Of a stretch of 64,000 nt of DNA, positions 26,202 to 39,306 are shown in pieces. Both the position numbers and the translations under genes were made by a program. Each line of letters begins with the position of its first letter. Position 1 is the stretch's first letter. The notes below the pieces were generated by a model. That model had not been told where the DNA came from. It searched no databases and saw only the letters and a program-made list of their open reading frames with translations. Source of the DNA: Octopus bimaculoides (Eukaryota); contig NC_068989.1 in NCBI RefSeq assembly GCF_001194135.2, forward strand, positions 38,637,047 through 38,701,046. Direction: 5' to 3'.

Positions 26202-28627
26202 GAGGGTTAATATTGTTCTCATTCCAAACATAACCATATTGTTTTCTTTATAGACATACTATGGCAGAGTACTTGTTGATGTGCAGACTGAAGTTAGCTC
26301 TGAGTGCACACTCTGGTATTATGCAACTAATCATTTGAAGGTCATACTGCATACAAGATAATCGTTAATCTCAAAGGATGCCATGTGATAAAATGGATAT
26401 ATTGTACTCCATTTTCTGTGTGAACAACTGTAGATTCTGGTGCTCAGAGAAGGCAGACTAGTTGGATATGGTCAGTGTGATACTTGCTGTTCCTCTGCAC
26501 TTATTGTTGGTTGGTTGGTTGGTTGGTTGGTATATCACTGAAGAGTGTTTAGACAGTGAGGTTATTTGTGTGTGAGTGTTCCTTATGTGTTCAGGAAAAT
26601 AGGAAAGCATATTACGATGATAATGTAATAGTTCCTTGATGTGTTGTGTGTCTAAGTGTTTTTTTTTGTTTTGGTGGTGGGGCGTGTAGTGGAAAGGACA
26701 ATTGTGGTTGAACCTTGCTGTGACAACAAACTATGCATCTTGTATATACAGTTGGTATTTTTGTTTTGTCGTATAAATGATCTGTAGATGTGACCTCCAT
26801 AAAACTTATAATGTGCAGTGTATTTTTTTTTTTGCATTCTTTAAAGTTAATTGTAGTTTATTGTGTGAAGATTAAGGCCCAAGTAGATCTGATATGGTCT
26901 TCCATAGGTCTAATGTGTTGTTTCTACATCATTATTGTTGTTTCTTTCTATTGCTTCAAATGTTAATCAATGCACTTTCTGTAATCTTATATATGCATTT
27001 TAAATGTTGTGAATTATTTATATGTCATACTTAAAATTTGTATTCTGTGTGTATGTCATGTGTTTATATTTGCTTGGGGAAGACAGTGGATTTTACATTT
27101 TGTTGTGAGGAACCAGGTTTCTATGGTTGAAGTAGCTTTGGGACAATGTCTGGAGAATGCCTAATAATTTGTATATGAAGCTGCTAATAATCACATCATA
27201 TAATCTGCAACAATTTAATGAATAAAGTATATTTTAATGCTAAGTTTCAAAGAAGATAAAATTCAGGTAGTAGAGAGTAAAAGATACATGTAATAGGTTG
27301 AGAATATTTTTGAGTAATTAGCATTCAGGAAACAGTATAGTTTTTGTCACTAAATGTTGTAATTATGAGGTGAAATTGGTGTAAAAATACAAGTGGTAAT
27401 TACTACCTGTGGTTTTTTTCCCTCTTTCCACACTGGTTTAATCATCTGTATAGAAAGGATGAACCCATATCACAATAATCATTTGGCTTTGCGATGAAGA
27501 AATTATTTTTATTTTAGAAACAGTGGGCATAACAGTATAAGATAAACCAAAAACAAAAATAAGAAAAAAATCTGGAGCAAATGTTCTGGTGAATAAAAAA
27601 TGGCATAAAGTAATGAAATGGATGCAGTAAAGCAATTTTTGTTTGTGTGTGTTAAGTTCAGGTGCAACAAGCCAATTCAGGAGATCAGGGATCTAATTGT
27701 TTGGGACAGGAGGGCATGATAAATTTTTTAGAATAGGAAATAGGAGTTTGTCAATGAGAAAAGGTTTATTGATCAACTGAATGTCATTCTCCAGGATTCA
27801 GTCAAGGTTAACTGACATGAGGATGAAGAACTATCATTTGAGATGTGGAAGCAGAAAGCTGAATTGACTAGAGATTGACAAGTAAATTGCTGGGTTGTCT
27901 TACAAAACTTAAATTCAATATCTAACTAGCTACAGATGAATATCTTACATCATCATCATCATCGTCGCCGTCATTGTTGTCATAATTGTCAGCAGTAGTT
28001 TTAGTGTTGCAAACACTAGTAGCTAAAAAGAGTTTCTGCATGTTTGTATAAATGGATAGAAATAATGGACAAAAATCTCTTTTAAACAGCATCCTTCCAA
28101 CTTAAAAGTGACAAAATAAATAAATGTTACATTGGATAATGTAGTCCAAGATACAGTCTACCTGAGTGGTTATGGTTGTAATACTTTTTCATTCCAGTAT
28201 TTTAGCAATTTCTGAAGGCAAAGACACCACAGAATTTGGACTCAAAACTAATACTGCTAATCCACTGCCCCAATGTTCTTATATTTAAAACAATAAATTT
28301 GGAAATATAAAAATTAGTGTCATAGAAAAAGAGAAAATAAGCAAGTACTATTAGGAATTCAATTTTTTTTTTTTTGTCTGTGTATGCAATCTCTAAATGT
28401 TTCTTGTCTGCCTAGCAATAGGATAAAAGCTATAACAGTGCTCATCAGTTCAAGGAGTTAGAAGATGTGTTCAAGAACAACTGAAAAGTCCACTGAAACA
28501 GTTTCTTGCACATTGGGCCAACATGATCAGAACTTGGTGCTAATATACTTTCAGCTCTGAAAATTTTTGAGAACGTCTTGTCAGCTTATACAATACTAGT
28601 TGTTAAGATGCAACAGCATCTTTCCCA

Positions 28628-28850
28628 CGAGCTGGTAGAATCGTTAGCGCGCTGGCCGAAGTGCTTAACGGTATTTCGTCTGCTGCTACGTTCTGAGTTC
28701 AAATTCCGCCGAGGTTAACTTTGCCTTTCATCCTTTCGGGGTCGATTAAATAAGTACCAGTTATGCACTGGGGTCGATGTAATCGACTTAGTCTCTTTGT
28801 CTTTCCAATGTTTGTCCCCTCTATATTTAGCCCCTTGTGGGCAATAAAGA
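28628..28850 (+). mobile_element. tRNA-derived SINE, family B (least diverged copy in window)
   Basis: gagctggtagaatcgttagc head, B-box-like GAGTTCAAATTCC, body ctttgcctttcatcctttcggggtcgattaaataagtaccag. CpGs largely retained. Confidence 0.9.
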
Positions 28851-29740
28851 ATTATATATTTAATATATGCAAATGTATTCTTTGAACAATGTTTGCTTAT
28901 TAATGAATTAATTAAACTCTTAAACACTGCACTCTGAAGAGCATTAACTAAGAATGCTGCAGCAGATTAAAGTAGGTGATAAATTAGTTCATCTATAAAA
29001 ATATCTTGTAGCTGTAAACTTAACTTGCCACCTGGTATTTCTAGTTTTAATTCAGATAATATCTCCCTTAGTCATGCATACATGTAAAGCACCTATACAG
29101 ACACGTGCATCTGTATGTGTGTGTGTGTGTGTGTGTGACTATGCAGTTGGCAATTGTCTCAGGGTAAAAACACAGAGAAATAACATAAGTTGCCGATAAG
29201 TAAATAATGATTTCTTGGAAATTAAAATCAAAGCAGTATATAATAAAATGTTAAATCACTATAATAATGATAGTAGCAACAACAACAGCAATAATAATGA
29301 TGCAAAAATAGTTAAAGGTGCATAAATAAATAGATAAGAGAGTAACAAAGAGTGTAGGCAAATGAATTCATTTAAACAATGAAATCAGCATCCAAGAAAG
29401 AAATACCATTTAAACTTTTACAATCAGATATTCATGATGCAGCTTCCATAAACAGGAGAATTAGGAGACATGTTATCTTGGCAACGTAAGAATAGTGATA
29501 ATATATATCTAAACACTGTTTTCATTAGATTCATGAAATGAGTAGGTTTGACAAATTTGTTTAGCTTTGTACTATCAATATTGTTGTTGTTAAATAGACG
29601 TAGTTCTGCACAAAATGTTTATGGAATGAAGGTAACTGATTAAATGTTTCATAGAGGTCCATACATAAAAACAAAGCTGCTATCTGTCAGTCTCTCTGTT
29701 TGCCTGCCTGTCTCTCTGGCTATTTGCTTTCCCTGCCTGC

Positions 29741-29773
<33 letters not shown>

Positions 29774-29976
29774 ACTCTGTCTGTCTGTCTGTCTCTCTCA
29801 CTCTGTCTGTTTGTCTCTCTCTCTCTCTCTGTCTATTAAAGAATGGAGGAAAATGGAGATTAAAGAGCAAAGTAATTCATGTGGGTTAGATATTCATGTG
29901 AAAGTTTGGTTAAGCATTGTGAAACATGAACAAATAAAATCATATAAGTATATAACTTTCCATTGTTTATCAGATT

Positions 29977-30024
<48 letters not shown>

Positions 30025-30081
30025 AGCACACACATACATACACCCCCCCTCCTCCACCTCCACCACCATCCTATATAAACT

Positions 30082-32880
30082 AGCGCACGCACTCGGATTC
30101 CCCTACTCAATTTTTAATACCTCTGCCAAAAGAATATGAATTTCAGAAGATGCTTTCGTCTAAATTTGCTAGCTCATGGTGCGCCCGACCTCCCACCCCA
30201 CACTCTCCACCTGTACTAGAAGTTCCTATCCTCTGTCATATTTTGGTTGTCTTCCATGAACACTTCTAAAGGCTTAATGTCATTTCCACCCCTACTTAGG
30301 GTTTATCTCCGATGTAACGTAGTGATAATATAGTGCAAAAATGATGGTGTAGTGTATGCAGGTTGAAGGCTATTGCTTGTTTATGAATTCTGCCAAATGT
30401 GAGCTTTCTTTTCGGGTACATGACACTGCTGTCCCCTACCACAGGGTTTCACAGGCTCACACCTCCCTCATCCTCAGAGCTGGCACACTCAACGTCGGCA
30501 CACTGAAAGGTAGGTCTGGTGAGATTTTTGAGATGCTTGAACGGAGATGTGTAGATTTGTGCTGCCTCCAAGAAGTAAGGTGGAGAGGAGGTTCCGCTCG
30601 GTTCCTCACAGTCAAAGAACACAGGTACAAGATTTTCTGGGCAGGGGACACTGATGGGGTCGGGGGTGTGGGTATACTTCTTGTGGAGAAATGGGTTGAT
30701 AAGGTAATCGAGGTAGTCCTAGCATGCGACAGAATACTTAAGATTAGATTAGTGCTTCATCATGGGTTAGCAACCACTATCTCGGCCTATGCCCCTCAGC
30801 CAGGGCTACCTGATGGACAGAAAGACCAATTTTATGACACCCTCTTGCAGACTACCTCATTGACGAATGACAGCAACCTCCTTTTGTGGCTGGTGACTTC
30901 AATAGACATGTTGGTCAACATGCAGGGGGCTTCCATGATGAGGGAACCAGGCTGCTGGAGTTCTGCAATGCAAATGATCTTATAGTTTGCAGTACTAACT
31001 TCAGGAAACCTGCCAGTCACCTAGTCACCTACTGTTCTGGCAGACACACTAGCCAAATTGACTATTTCTTCGCCAGAAAAAGAGAAAGATGGCTGCTTAT
31101 AAATGCTAAAACCTTCCCAGACGAAGAAGGTACCCTACAACATAGACTAGTAGTTAGCGACTTCAGGATCAGGGCTAAATGGATGCCCAAAGGATGAACA
31201 GTATGGAGGAGAAGGGTTTGGAAGCTTAAAGAACCTGCGAATGGACAGAGATTTAGAGACGTATTACTCAAAGCCTTTGACGAAATAGAAGGGGATATAG
31301 CATCACATGATGTGGAAGACAACTGGAGGTTTCTATGGGACAACCTGTTGAGGGCCACTGACCAGATCTGTGGATGGTGCAAAGTCCCCTCTCAACCCAA
31401 GGTAACATGGTGGTGGAACAATGTTGTTGACAAGGCTATTAGACAAATGAAACAGGCTTGGAAGGACTGGAAGAACAGTGGTAGCAGGGAATTGTATCAG
31501 ACTGCCAGAAGGGAGGCTAGGAGACGGGTTTATTTAGCCAGAGGGGAAGCAGATAAGAAAAAATTTGCCAATGTTCTGTGCTGTGAGGNNNNNNNNNNCT
31601 GTTGAGGGCCACTGACCAGATCTGTGGATGGTGCAAAGTCCCCTCTCAACCCAAGGTAACATGGTGGTGGAACAATGTTGTTGACAAGGCTATTAGACAA
31701 ATGAAACAGGCTTGGAAGGACTGGAAGAACAGTGGTAGCAGGGAATTGTATCAGACTGCCAGAAGGGAGGCTAGGAGACGGGTTTATTTAGCCAGAGGGG
31801 AAGCAGATAAGAAAAAATTTGCCAATGTTCTGTGCTGTGAGGACCAAAGACTTGAGGTATTTCATGTTGCAAGACAGTGTGTGAGAGAGAATTGTGATGT
31901 CATAGGAAAGAAATGTGTCCACATGGATGATGGTTCACTTGCACTAAACGAGGGTGCAAAGAGAGAGGTTTTGAGACGCCACTATGAAAAGTTGTTCAAT
32001 AAAGAGAATGAATGGGAGAAAAAGAGCCTGCAGAATGTCCAGTTTAGATGAGATGCAATTTGGGTTCATGCCAGGGAAAAGCACCACTGGCGTTATATTT
32101 CTGGTAAGATAGCTGCAAGAGAAATACCTAGCCAAAGATAAACCTCTGTACCTGAATTTTGTTGACATGGAGAAAACCATTGACAGGGTCCCCTGATCCC
32201 TTATCTGGTGGTTAATGAGGAAACTAGGAATAGACAAATAGTTAGTGAGAGCTGTGCAAGCCATGTACAGTAAGGTGAGGGCTGACAACGAGTACAGTGA
32301 AGAATTCCGGGTAGAGGTATGGGTCCACCAAGGTTCAGTACTGAGCCTCCTCCTATTTATCGTAGTCCTCCAGGTAATAACAGAAGAATTCAAGACAGGA
32401 TGCCCCTGGGAGCTCCTCTATGCTGATGACCTTGCTTTAATTGCTGAGTCACTATTAGAACTAGAGGAGAAGTTTCAGGTGTGGAAGCAAGGTCTAGAAT
32501 CGAAGGGCCTAAGAGTCAACCTAGTTAAAACCAAAGTCCTAATACGTAGGAAGGCAGACAAACCAAAAATCCCTTCAGGTAGATGGCCCTGCTTGATCTG
32601 TAGAAAGGGTGTTAGTAGAAACTCTATAAGATGTACCCAGTATAAGCTATGGACACATAAGAGGTGCAGCAATATCAAAGGAAGGCTAACTGGGAAGATA
32701 GTTTTTGTATGTGGTAGATGCTCAGGAACAATAAACACTTAAAATGTGCAGAGAACAACTTCTGCCACATTCCTGGGACAAAACCTAGAAGTAGTTGATA
32801 GCTTCCATTACCTAGGTGACCAAGTCAGTAGCAGGAGTGGGTGCTCTGAAAGTGTAGCTGCTAGAATAAGCTGCTAGAAT
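30082..32880 (+). mobile_element. RTE-clade LINE, 3'-truncated, with internal deletions
   Basis: APE endonuclease (GTLNVGTLKGRS...DLCCLQEVRWRG...GGVGILL...ISAYAPQ, GDFN, SQIDYF) and RT (GVHQGS-like WVHQGSVLS, ELLYADDLAL, GLRVNLVKTKV, FHYLG). Frameshifts. Includes a gap-flanking duplication at ~31340-31830. Confidence 0.96.
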
Positions 32881-33239
32881 TTTCATTCTCCTCTTCCAAT
32901 ATTATATTCAACAAATGACTCTATTTTTACCATTTCTTACCCACCTGATCTTTCTGCCCCATCTTTTAAACTAGCCTTACTATCATTAACTTTGTCATTA
33001 TGTATTTCATTCTAATATTTTCTTGATTCATGACTTCATTTCCTTCATCAGATGGAACTTGATACTATTCCTTTTCATAGCTGTATCTTCTACACATCAT
33101 TTGGGTTCTCGCATCAAAACTTCCTTAACAAACACCATTTTGTTCTTGTACGTCTTCTTCAGGCTTACTCTAGGATGTTCCCTTCCATGACTAATTAATA
33201 CAAAATGAATCTCTCACTGCCCAACACTTTAGCAGTTTT

Positions 33240-33800
33240 GTCTTTCATGTCTCCGTTCAAGTATCTCAACAATCTCACCAGACCTACCTTTCAGTGTGCC
33301 AACATTAAGTGTGCCAACTCTGCGGGTGTGGGAGGTGTAGGCCCGTGAAACCCTGGGATGGGGGACCCCAGCATCATGTACCTGAAAAGAAAGCTCACAT
33401 TTGGCAGAACTCATGAACATACAATAGCCTCCAGCCTGCATACACTACACCATCATTTTATGTGCTACATAATCACTACATTACATAGGAGATAAACCCT
33501 AAGTATGGATGGGGAAACATTAAGCATTTGGAGGTGTTCATGGGAGATACATCCGACAGAGGTCAGAGGATAGAGACTTCCAGTACAGGTGGTGGAGGTG
33601 GAAAGGGCGGAATTAGAAAAAGAATTCCATATATCAAATCTAAGCCTAAAATTGAGAGGTTTTAGAGTAAATGTAGCAAAGGCAAAAAGGTTTAAAATGA
33701 AAGAAGACTGACTTCTACCACTACCTGGGAATTGGTCATGCTTGATATGTTTTTGTTTAGAGTTTAAAACCCAACATAATGAGATAGAATTGGGCATTTG
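33240..33800 (-). mobile_element. RTE LINE 5' fragment (5' UTR and start of endonuclease)
   Basis: ORF MQAGGYCMFMSSAKCELSFQVHDAGVPHPRVSRAYTSHTRRVGTLNVGTLKGRSGEIVEILERR, homologous to 30356 (+) and 42993 (-). Confidence 0.92.
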
Positions 33801-34414
33801 CATTCTTAACTAGAGCTGTAACCAAGAGTCTTTGGTCAGCGAAACTGTGACAAAATTAGATAAATGAATGAATAAATGACAATAATAAAAGAGAGGGAGA
33901 AAGGAGGAGGGGTAGAGTTGGATTGAGCAAGGGGATCTTCAGTGTTTTTCTCTAAACATATGGCATGGAAGACGAAACTGTGTTTACATAAATAGATAAT
34001 GAAATAGAAAGATAATGAAATGAAATAGTAAAATAATTATAATCAGCACCAAAAAAGAGGTTTTAGATGTTTGCTAGGTTGGAAAACAAAGTTGCTTATC
34101 TGAACATCTGATTTCTACTCCGTGTGGTGAGGTATTAAAAAAAAAAGTGAAAGGGCATGGCTCAGTGGTTAGAGTGTCAGGCTCACAATCATGAGGTAGT
34201 GAGTTTGATTCTCAGACCAGGCTATGTGTTGTGATCTTGAACAAGACACTTTATTTTATGTTGTTCCAGTAGAAATGAATTGTGAAGTCACTGGTGCTAA
34301 GCTTTTACCTTTCTCTTAGATAACATTCATAGTGAGGAGAGGAGAGGCTGGCATGCTGGTCTTCCATAAACAACTTTGCTCAGACTTGTGCCTCAGAGGG
34401 GGTCTTTACCCATT

Positions 34415-34698
34415 TTATATACACTTTTACTTGTTTCAGTCATTTGACTGTGGCCATGCTGGAGCACCACCTTTAGTCGAGCAAATCGACCCCAGGACTT
34501 ATTCGTTGTAAGCCTAGTACTTATTTTATCGGTCTCTTATGCCAAACTGCTAAGTGACGGGGACATAAACACACCAGCATCGGTTGTCAAGCAATGCTAG
34601 GGGGGACAAACACAGACACACAAACACACAAATATATATATACATATATATGACGGGCTTCTTTCAGTTTCCATCTACCAAATCCACTCACAAGGCTT
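34415..34698 (-). mobile_element. SINE family A, truncated by N-gap
   Basis: ttttacttgtttcagtcatttgactgtggccatgctggagcaccacc...accaaatccactcacaaggctt, then gap. Confidence 0.9.
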
Positions 34699-35362
34699 NN
34701 NNNNNNNNNNNNNNNNNNNNNNNNNNNNNNNNNNNNNNNNNNNNNNNNNNNNNNNNNNNNNNNNNNNNNNNNNNNNNNNNNNNNNNNNNNNNNNNNNNNN
34801 NNNNNNNNNNNNNNNNNNNNNNNNNNNNNNNNNNNNNNNNNNNNNNNNNNNNNNNNNNNNNNNNNNNNNNNNNNNNNNNNNNNNNNNNNNNNNNNNNNNN
34901 NNNNNNNNNNNNNNNNNNNNNNNNNNNNNNNNNNNNNNNNNNNNNNNNNNNNNNNNNNNNNNNNNNNNNNNNTATATATGTATGTATGTATGTATCTATG
35001 TATGTATGTGTGTGTGTATACACACACAGACACACACACACACATACATACATACATACATACATACAGAGTAAGTCCAAGAATGAAGGTGATGGTATTC
35101 CATTTATTGCTTCATTACAATTGTTTCAACAGTACATAGTTCAGAGGGGTTAAGTCAATTACATTGACCCAGGTATTCAACTGTGACTTATTTTTATCAA
35201 CTGTGAAAGGATGAAAGGCACAAAATCAACCTCCACAGAATAATAATAATAATAATGATAATAATATATATAGTATTAATAAAACTGCACTTCACGTCTG
35301 AAGCTATAGGGTGATTCACAAGCTGGTAACTATGAGTGCATTGCTCCTCGCAGCAGAAGCAG

Positions 35363-35413
<51 letters not shown>

Positions 35414-36352
35414 CATACATACATACACACACACATGTACATATACATACTCACAGGAAGGGAAGAAAAGAGAAAGAGAAAGGTGACATATAAATATTTT
35501 TTTTAAAATTTTTTATTTGAGAAATTTTGCAACTGCACTACCAACACCATCTTCCAATTTCCTGTTTCCTTTAAACCCCAAAATTGATGTGGGCAAACTT
35601 CATGAGATGAGAACATTGTGTTCCTGGTTTTAAAAGATAACAGCAACAACTACAACAGCTGCATTAACAACTATAAAAAGAGACAATCATCTTGCATTAT
35701 ATTTACAGAACCTTTTTATCACAAAGAATGCCCATGTATAGATACACACGCATTCATATACATACATACACACATGCACATACACATACACACATATATG
35801 TACACATATAAACAGAAATATATATTTTCATGTGTGTGTTGGTATGAATTATTTTCAGATTTTACCAAATGATAATGAAGTCATGGAATTTTATGGGATA
35901 TTTTTTTTATTGTTTTTCACATTTTATCTTAGTGTTTTTCCATTATATATTTATTTTCTTTGTTATCAATCTTCAAACATAATTCAACCTTAATTGAGTT
36001 ATTTCCCATTTCAGTCACATAACTCCCCTCTACAACCCTCACTTTCACTTTGACATCAGCCACCACTACAACCTTCACCTCCATCAACACCAACCATACA
36101 CCATACCCTACCATACCATGTAAACTGAAAATTTGCTGACTTGAATATTAAAATAAATATACACATACAATATATATATATATATATACATATATACACA
36201 CGAACACACACACACATATCCATATATATATGTATACGTACACTCATGTACATATATTTATGATTATATATATATATATATATATATGGTCTGTGTATGT
36301 ATGTGTTTCTATATATTATGTGTATGTATATGTGTTTATAAATATAGTATGT

Positions 36353-36387
<35 letters not shown>

Positions 36388-37079
36388 CATATATATATAT
36401 ATATATATCAAAGCAAAAGGAAAACAACTCCTGAAATGTTACACTCCTCACTGTGTCCTTTATACTTCTACTCCACCATCTACTTTCTGCTCCTTCACCA
36501 CCACTGGCAATAAAAATGTAACCACAACACCACATAACACAACCAACTGCTATCACAAATATAACCACCAACACCACTCCAACTTTCGCCATCGCTTACT
36601 AATAATCTTTCCTACTCTAGACACAAGGTCCGAAAGTTTGGGGGGTTGGGCGGGGCCCAGTTGATTATATCAACCCAGTATGCAATTAGTACTTAATTTA
36701 TCGACACTCCCCCCCAAAAAAAGGATGAAAAGCAAAGTCAACTTTGGCAGAATTTGAACTCAGAACGTAAAGACAGATGAAATACTGCTAAGCATTTTGC
36801 CAGGCATGCTAACATTTCTGTCAGCTTGCCTCCTTATCACATACAAATACTACTACAACTATAAACCAAATGTGAGACCTTCTATGAGGTCACTTGGCCT
36901 TCTAGAAATATCAGCCAAATGACCCTACATTTTAACAGCTTAGTGAAAGAAGGACATATTGCATAATATAGTCTAATAAACTGTATATTGGCTTGGATAA
37001 AAGATGGGATGGTCACAATTGGAATGATTTTGATCATAGTTCTGCTAAATCAGTGTTGAACTGGGATTAAACATCATGT

Positions 37080-37228
37080 GCAACTACTACAACCACCACC
37101 ACTTCAACCACTGTCTTCACCATCACCATCACCACCACCACCACCACCACCACCACCACCACCACCATGCTGCACAAAACTTTACCCTCATAAATACAAC
37201 TACCACCATAACACATACATTTACTACA

Positions 37229-37259
<31 letters not shown>

Positions 37260-37265
37260 TCATCA
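37080..37265. repeat. Compound (CAC)n/(CAT)n/(TAC)n trinucleotide tract
   Basis: Directly visible; source of the poly-His/Pro/Thr/Val pseudo-ORFs. Confidence 0.97.
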
Positions 37266-38489
37266 CTCACCCCCTCCACCATACACTCTGCTTAGTAGTT
37301 TGATTCTGGTCAGCCATTTGATCTTTCGCATCACAAGCCCTACAAAACACAAAACAACTTTTGCTCATATTGGTAGTTAACTTAACCCTCTCCTTCATAC
37401 CTCCAGTCACCACACACACATATATTACCACCCTTTCGACATACCCCCACCACCACTTCCAATCGGCATCTATTCCCCCCTTTCCCCTTCCTCCTGCAAA
37501 CAATGCTGAAGAAATATAAAGAATGCCTTATGATTTCAATAGATTTATCAGAGCCAGAATCACATCATTTTCCTATCTTTAAACTCTCTCTCTCTTTCTG
37601 TCTCCCTCTTACCACTTCTCTCCTTCTTTCTCTCCCTTTACTCCTTCTCTCTCTCCCTGCCTTTCTTTCTCTTTCCCCCTCTCTCTTTTTCTCCTGTCTC
37701 TCTTGTACTGACCTCAGCTTCTTTTTTACTTTTCTTTGTTCCCTTTTCACCTCTTGCTTCCCCTCGAACCTCACCTCTCTCTATCTTGGACTTCTTTGAC
37801 TCACTCCCCCCCCCCATCTAATTTTCTCATTTATTTCTACCTCTCTATCGCCATCTCCCTCTCATCTTTTCTATCTATCTTTCTTCCTCTTGCCTGTCTT
37901 TTATGAAATATTTTGAACTTCTTGCTTGATTTTCACTTTATTGTTGTTGTTCATATTATTGTTGATCAGTATTTGAAGTGAAGTGATATTCAACTGAACA
38001 TTAATTTAATCATGAAATGTAATTTTATTGTTGTCTATGCAATGTGGATGTATGGTGGCTTTCATTCATGAATAAACATGAGAATTCATTTGCCAAAATA
38101 TTAAAATATATAAAAAAAGGAAATTATTAATAATGAAAATCTGAATAAAAGAAAAAATCTCAAATTTTGTGTCAATATGTTAAGATTTCATGAGGTGTGC
38201 CAACTTGACTATTGTTATGATCTTACCCGTTGCTATGATTGCTGTTTCTGAGGCATGTAATCCTCAAGAATCAAACACCCCGATGAAATACGGAAGATTT
38301 AACTATGCTAAGGTATTGAAAGAACTTAGACTTTCTGCAAAATAATCATTCCTGAATATTTCTTCTTTGCGGAAGTCATAGCTCAAGGCTACTCAACTCA
38401 GGTTCTAATGCTTCAATGGACATTTCAATATTAATTTCTATGTCCACTTCAGTGTCCTCTTCAATGACTTCTTCAGTAACCCACTTTCT

Positions 38490-39295
38490 ACAATAACTAC
38501 AAGAAAAATTTTAATGAAAAGCAAACCATTACGTTAGCTTTCATCAACTTGGAGAATGCTTTTGACAGTGTACCATACTTAGCAATGACAAACCAATTTT
38601 GACAAGGAACTAAAACGCTACAGATTGTGGCACTTATGACAAGGTACCACACACAGTCTTGTGGTCATTAAAAAATTTAGGTATAGATAAGCGCAGGTGT
38701 GGCTTAGTGGTAATAGGCTTGCTTCCCAGCCACATGGTTTCAGGTTCAATCCCACTGCATGGCACCTTGGGCAAGTGTCTTCTACTCTAGCCTCAGGCTG
38801 ACCAAAGCCTTGTCAGTGAATTTGGTAGATGGAAACTGAAAGAAGCCTGTTTATATATATGTGTGTGTGTGTGTGTCCCCATCCCCATTTCTTGATAACT
38901 GGTGTAGATGTGCTTACATCCCTGTGACTTAGTAGTTTGGCAAAGAGGAACAATAGAATAAATACTAGGCTTAAAAAGAAAATAAATCCTGGGGTCGATT
39001 TGTTTAACTAAAATCCTTCAGGACAGTACTCCAGCATGGCCACAGTCAAATGACTGAAACAAATAAAAGATAATAGACAAAGAAACAAATGGCCTTGCTC
39101 ATGTGTTTCAAGCTATATAGGGAAACACCATGAATGAGGTGAAGGCGAGAATTAGCCACAAGCTGAGGCAAAAATTAAGCATGCAGGTATGTATCTATCA
39201 TGGCACAGGCCTCAAAAACTTTCTTGCTTATTCATTACTAATTAAGACCATAACAAAGGGTTGAGGACCAGCTGTGTATGTTGAGCAAGTTCAGC
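38490..39295 (+). mobile_element. Old, highly diverged RTE RT fragment interrupted by a SINE
   Basis: Degenerate KSKPLRLAFINLENAFDSVP (cf. KPLYLAFVDLEKAFDRVP), KLGID and QAIYR...KVRIS motifs on either side of the SINE at 38691-39070. Confidence 0.65.
38691..39070 (+). mobile_element. Full-length SINE family A
   Basis: gcgcaggtgtggcttagtgg...ggttcaatcccactgcatggcaccttgggcaagtgtcttctac...atgactgaaacaaataaaa. Confidence 0.92.
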
Positions 39296-39306
39296 TGAAT
39301 CTGTTA

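Noticed and set aside
30356-30985. Host gene of the 'craniofacial development protein 2-like' type
   Set aside because: That annotation reflects the RTE APE domain. Here it is multi-copy, frameshifted and contiguous with RT, so it is a LINE rather than a domesticated gene.
31339-31830. Apparent ~250-bp tandem duplication inside the RTE
   Set aside because: The copies are essentially identical and separated by an 11-N gap, so this is an unmerged contig overlap (assembly artefact).
33050-33200. CTGATGA on the minus strand near 33045 as another hammerhead
   Set aside because: No stem II or GAAA follows; the stretch looks like a decayed RTE 3' ORF remnant.
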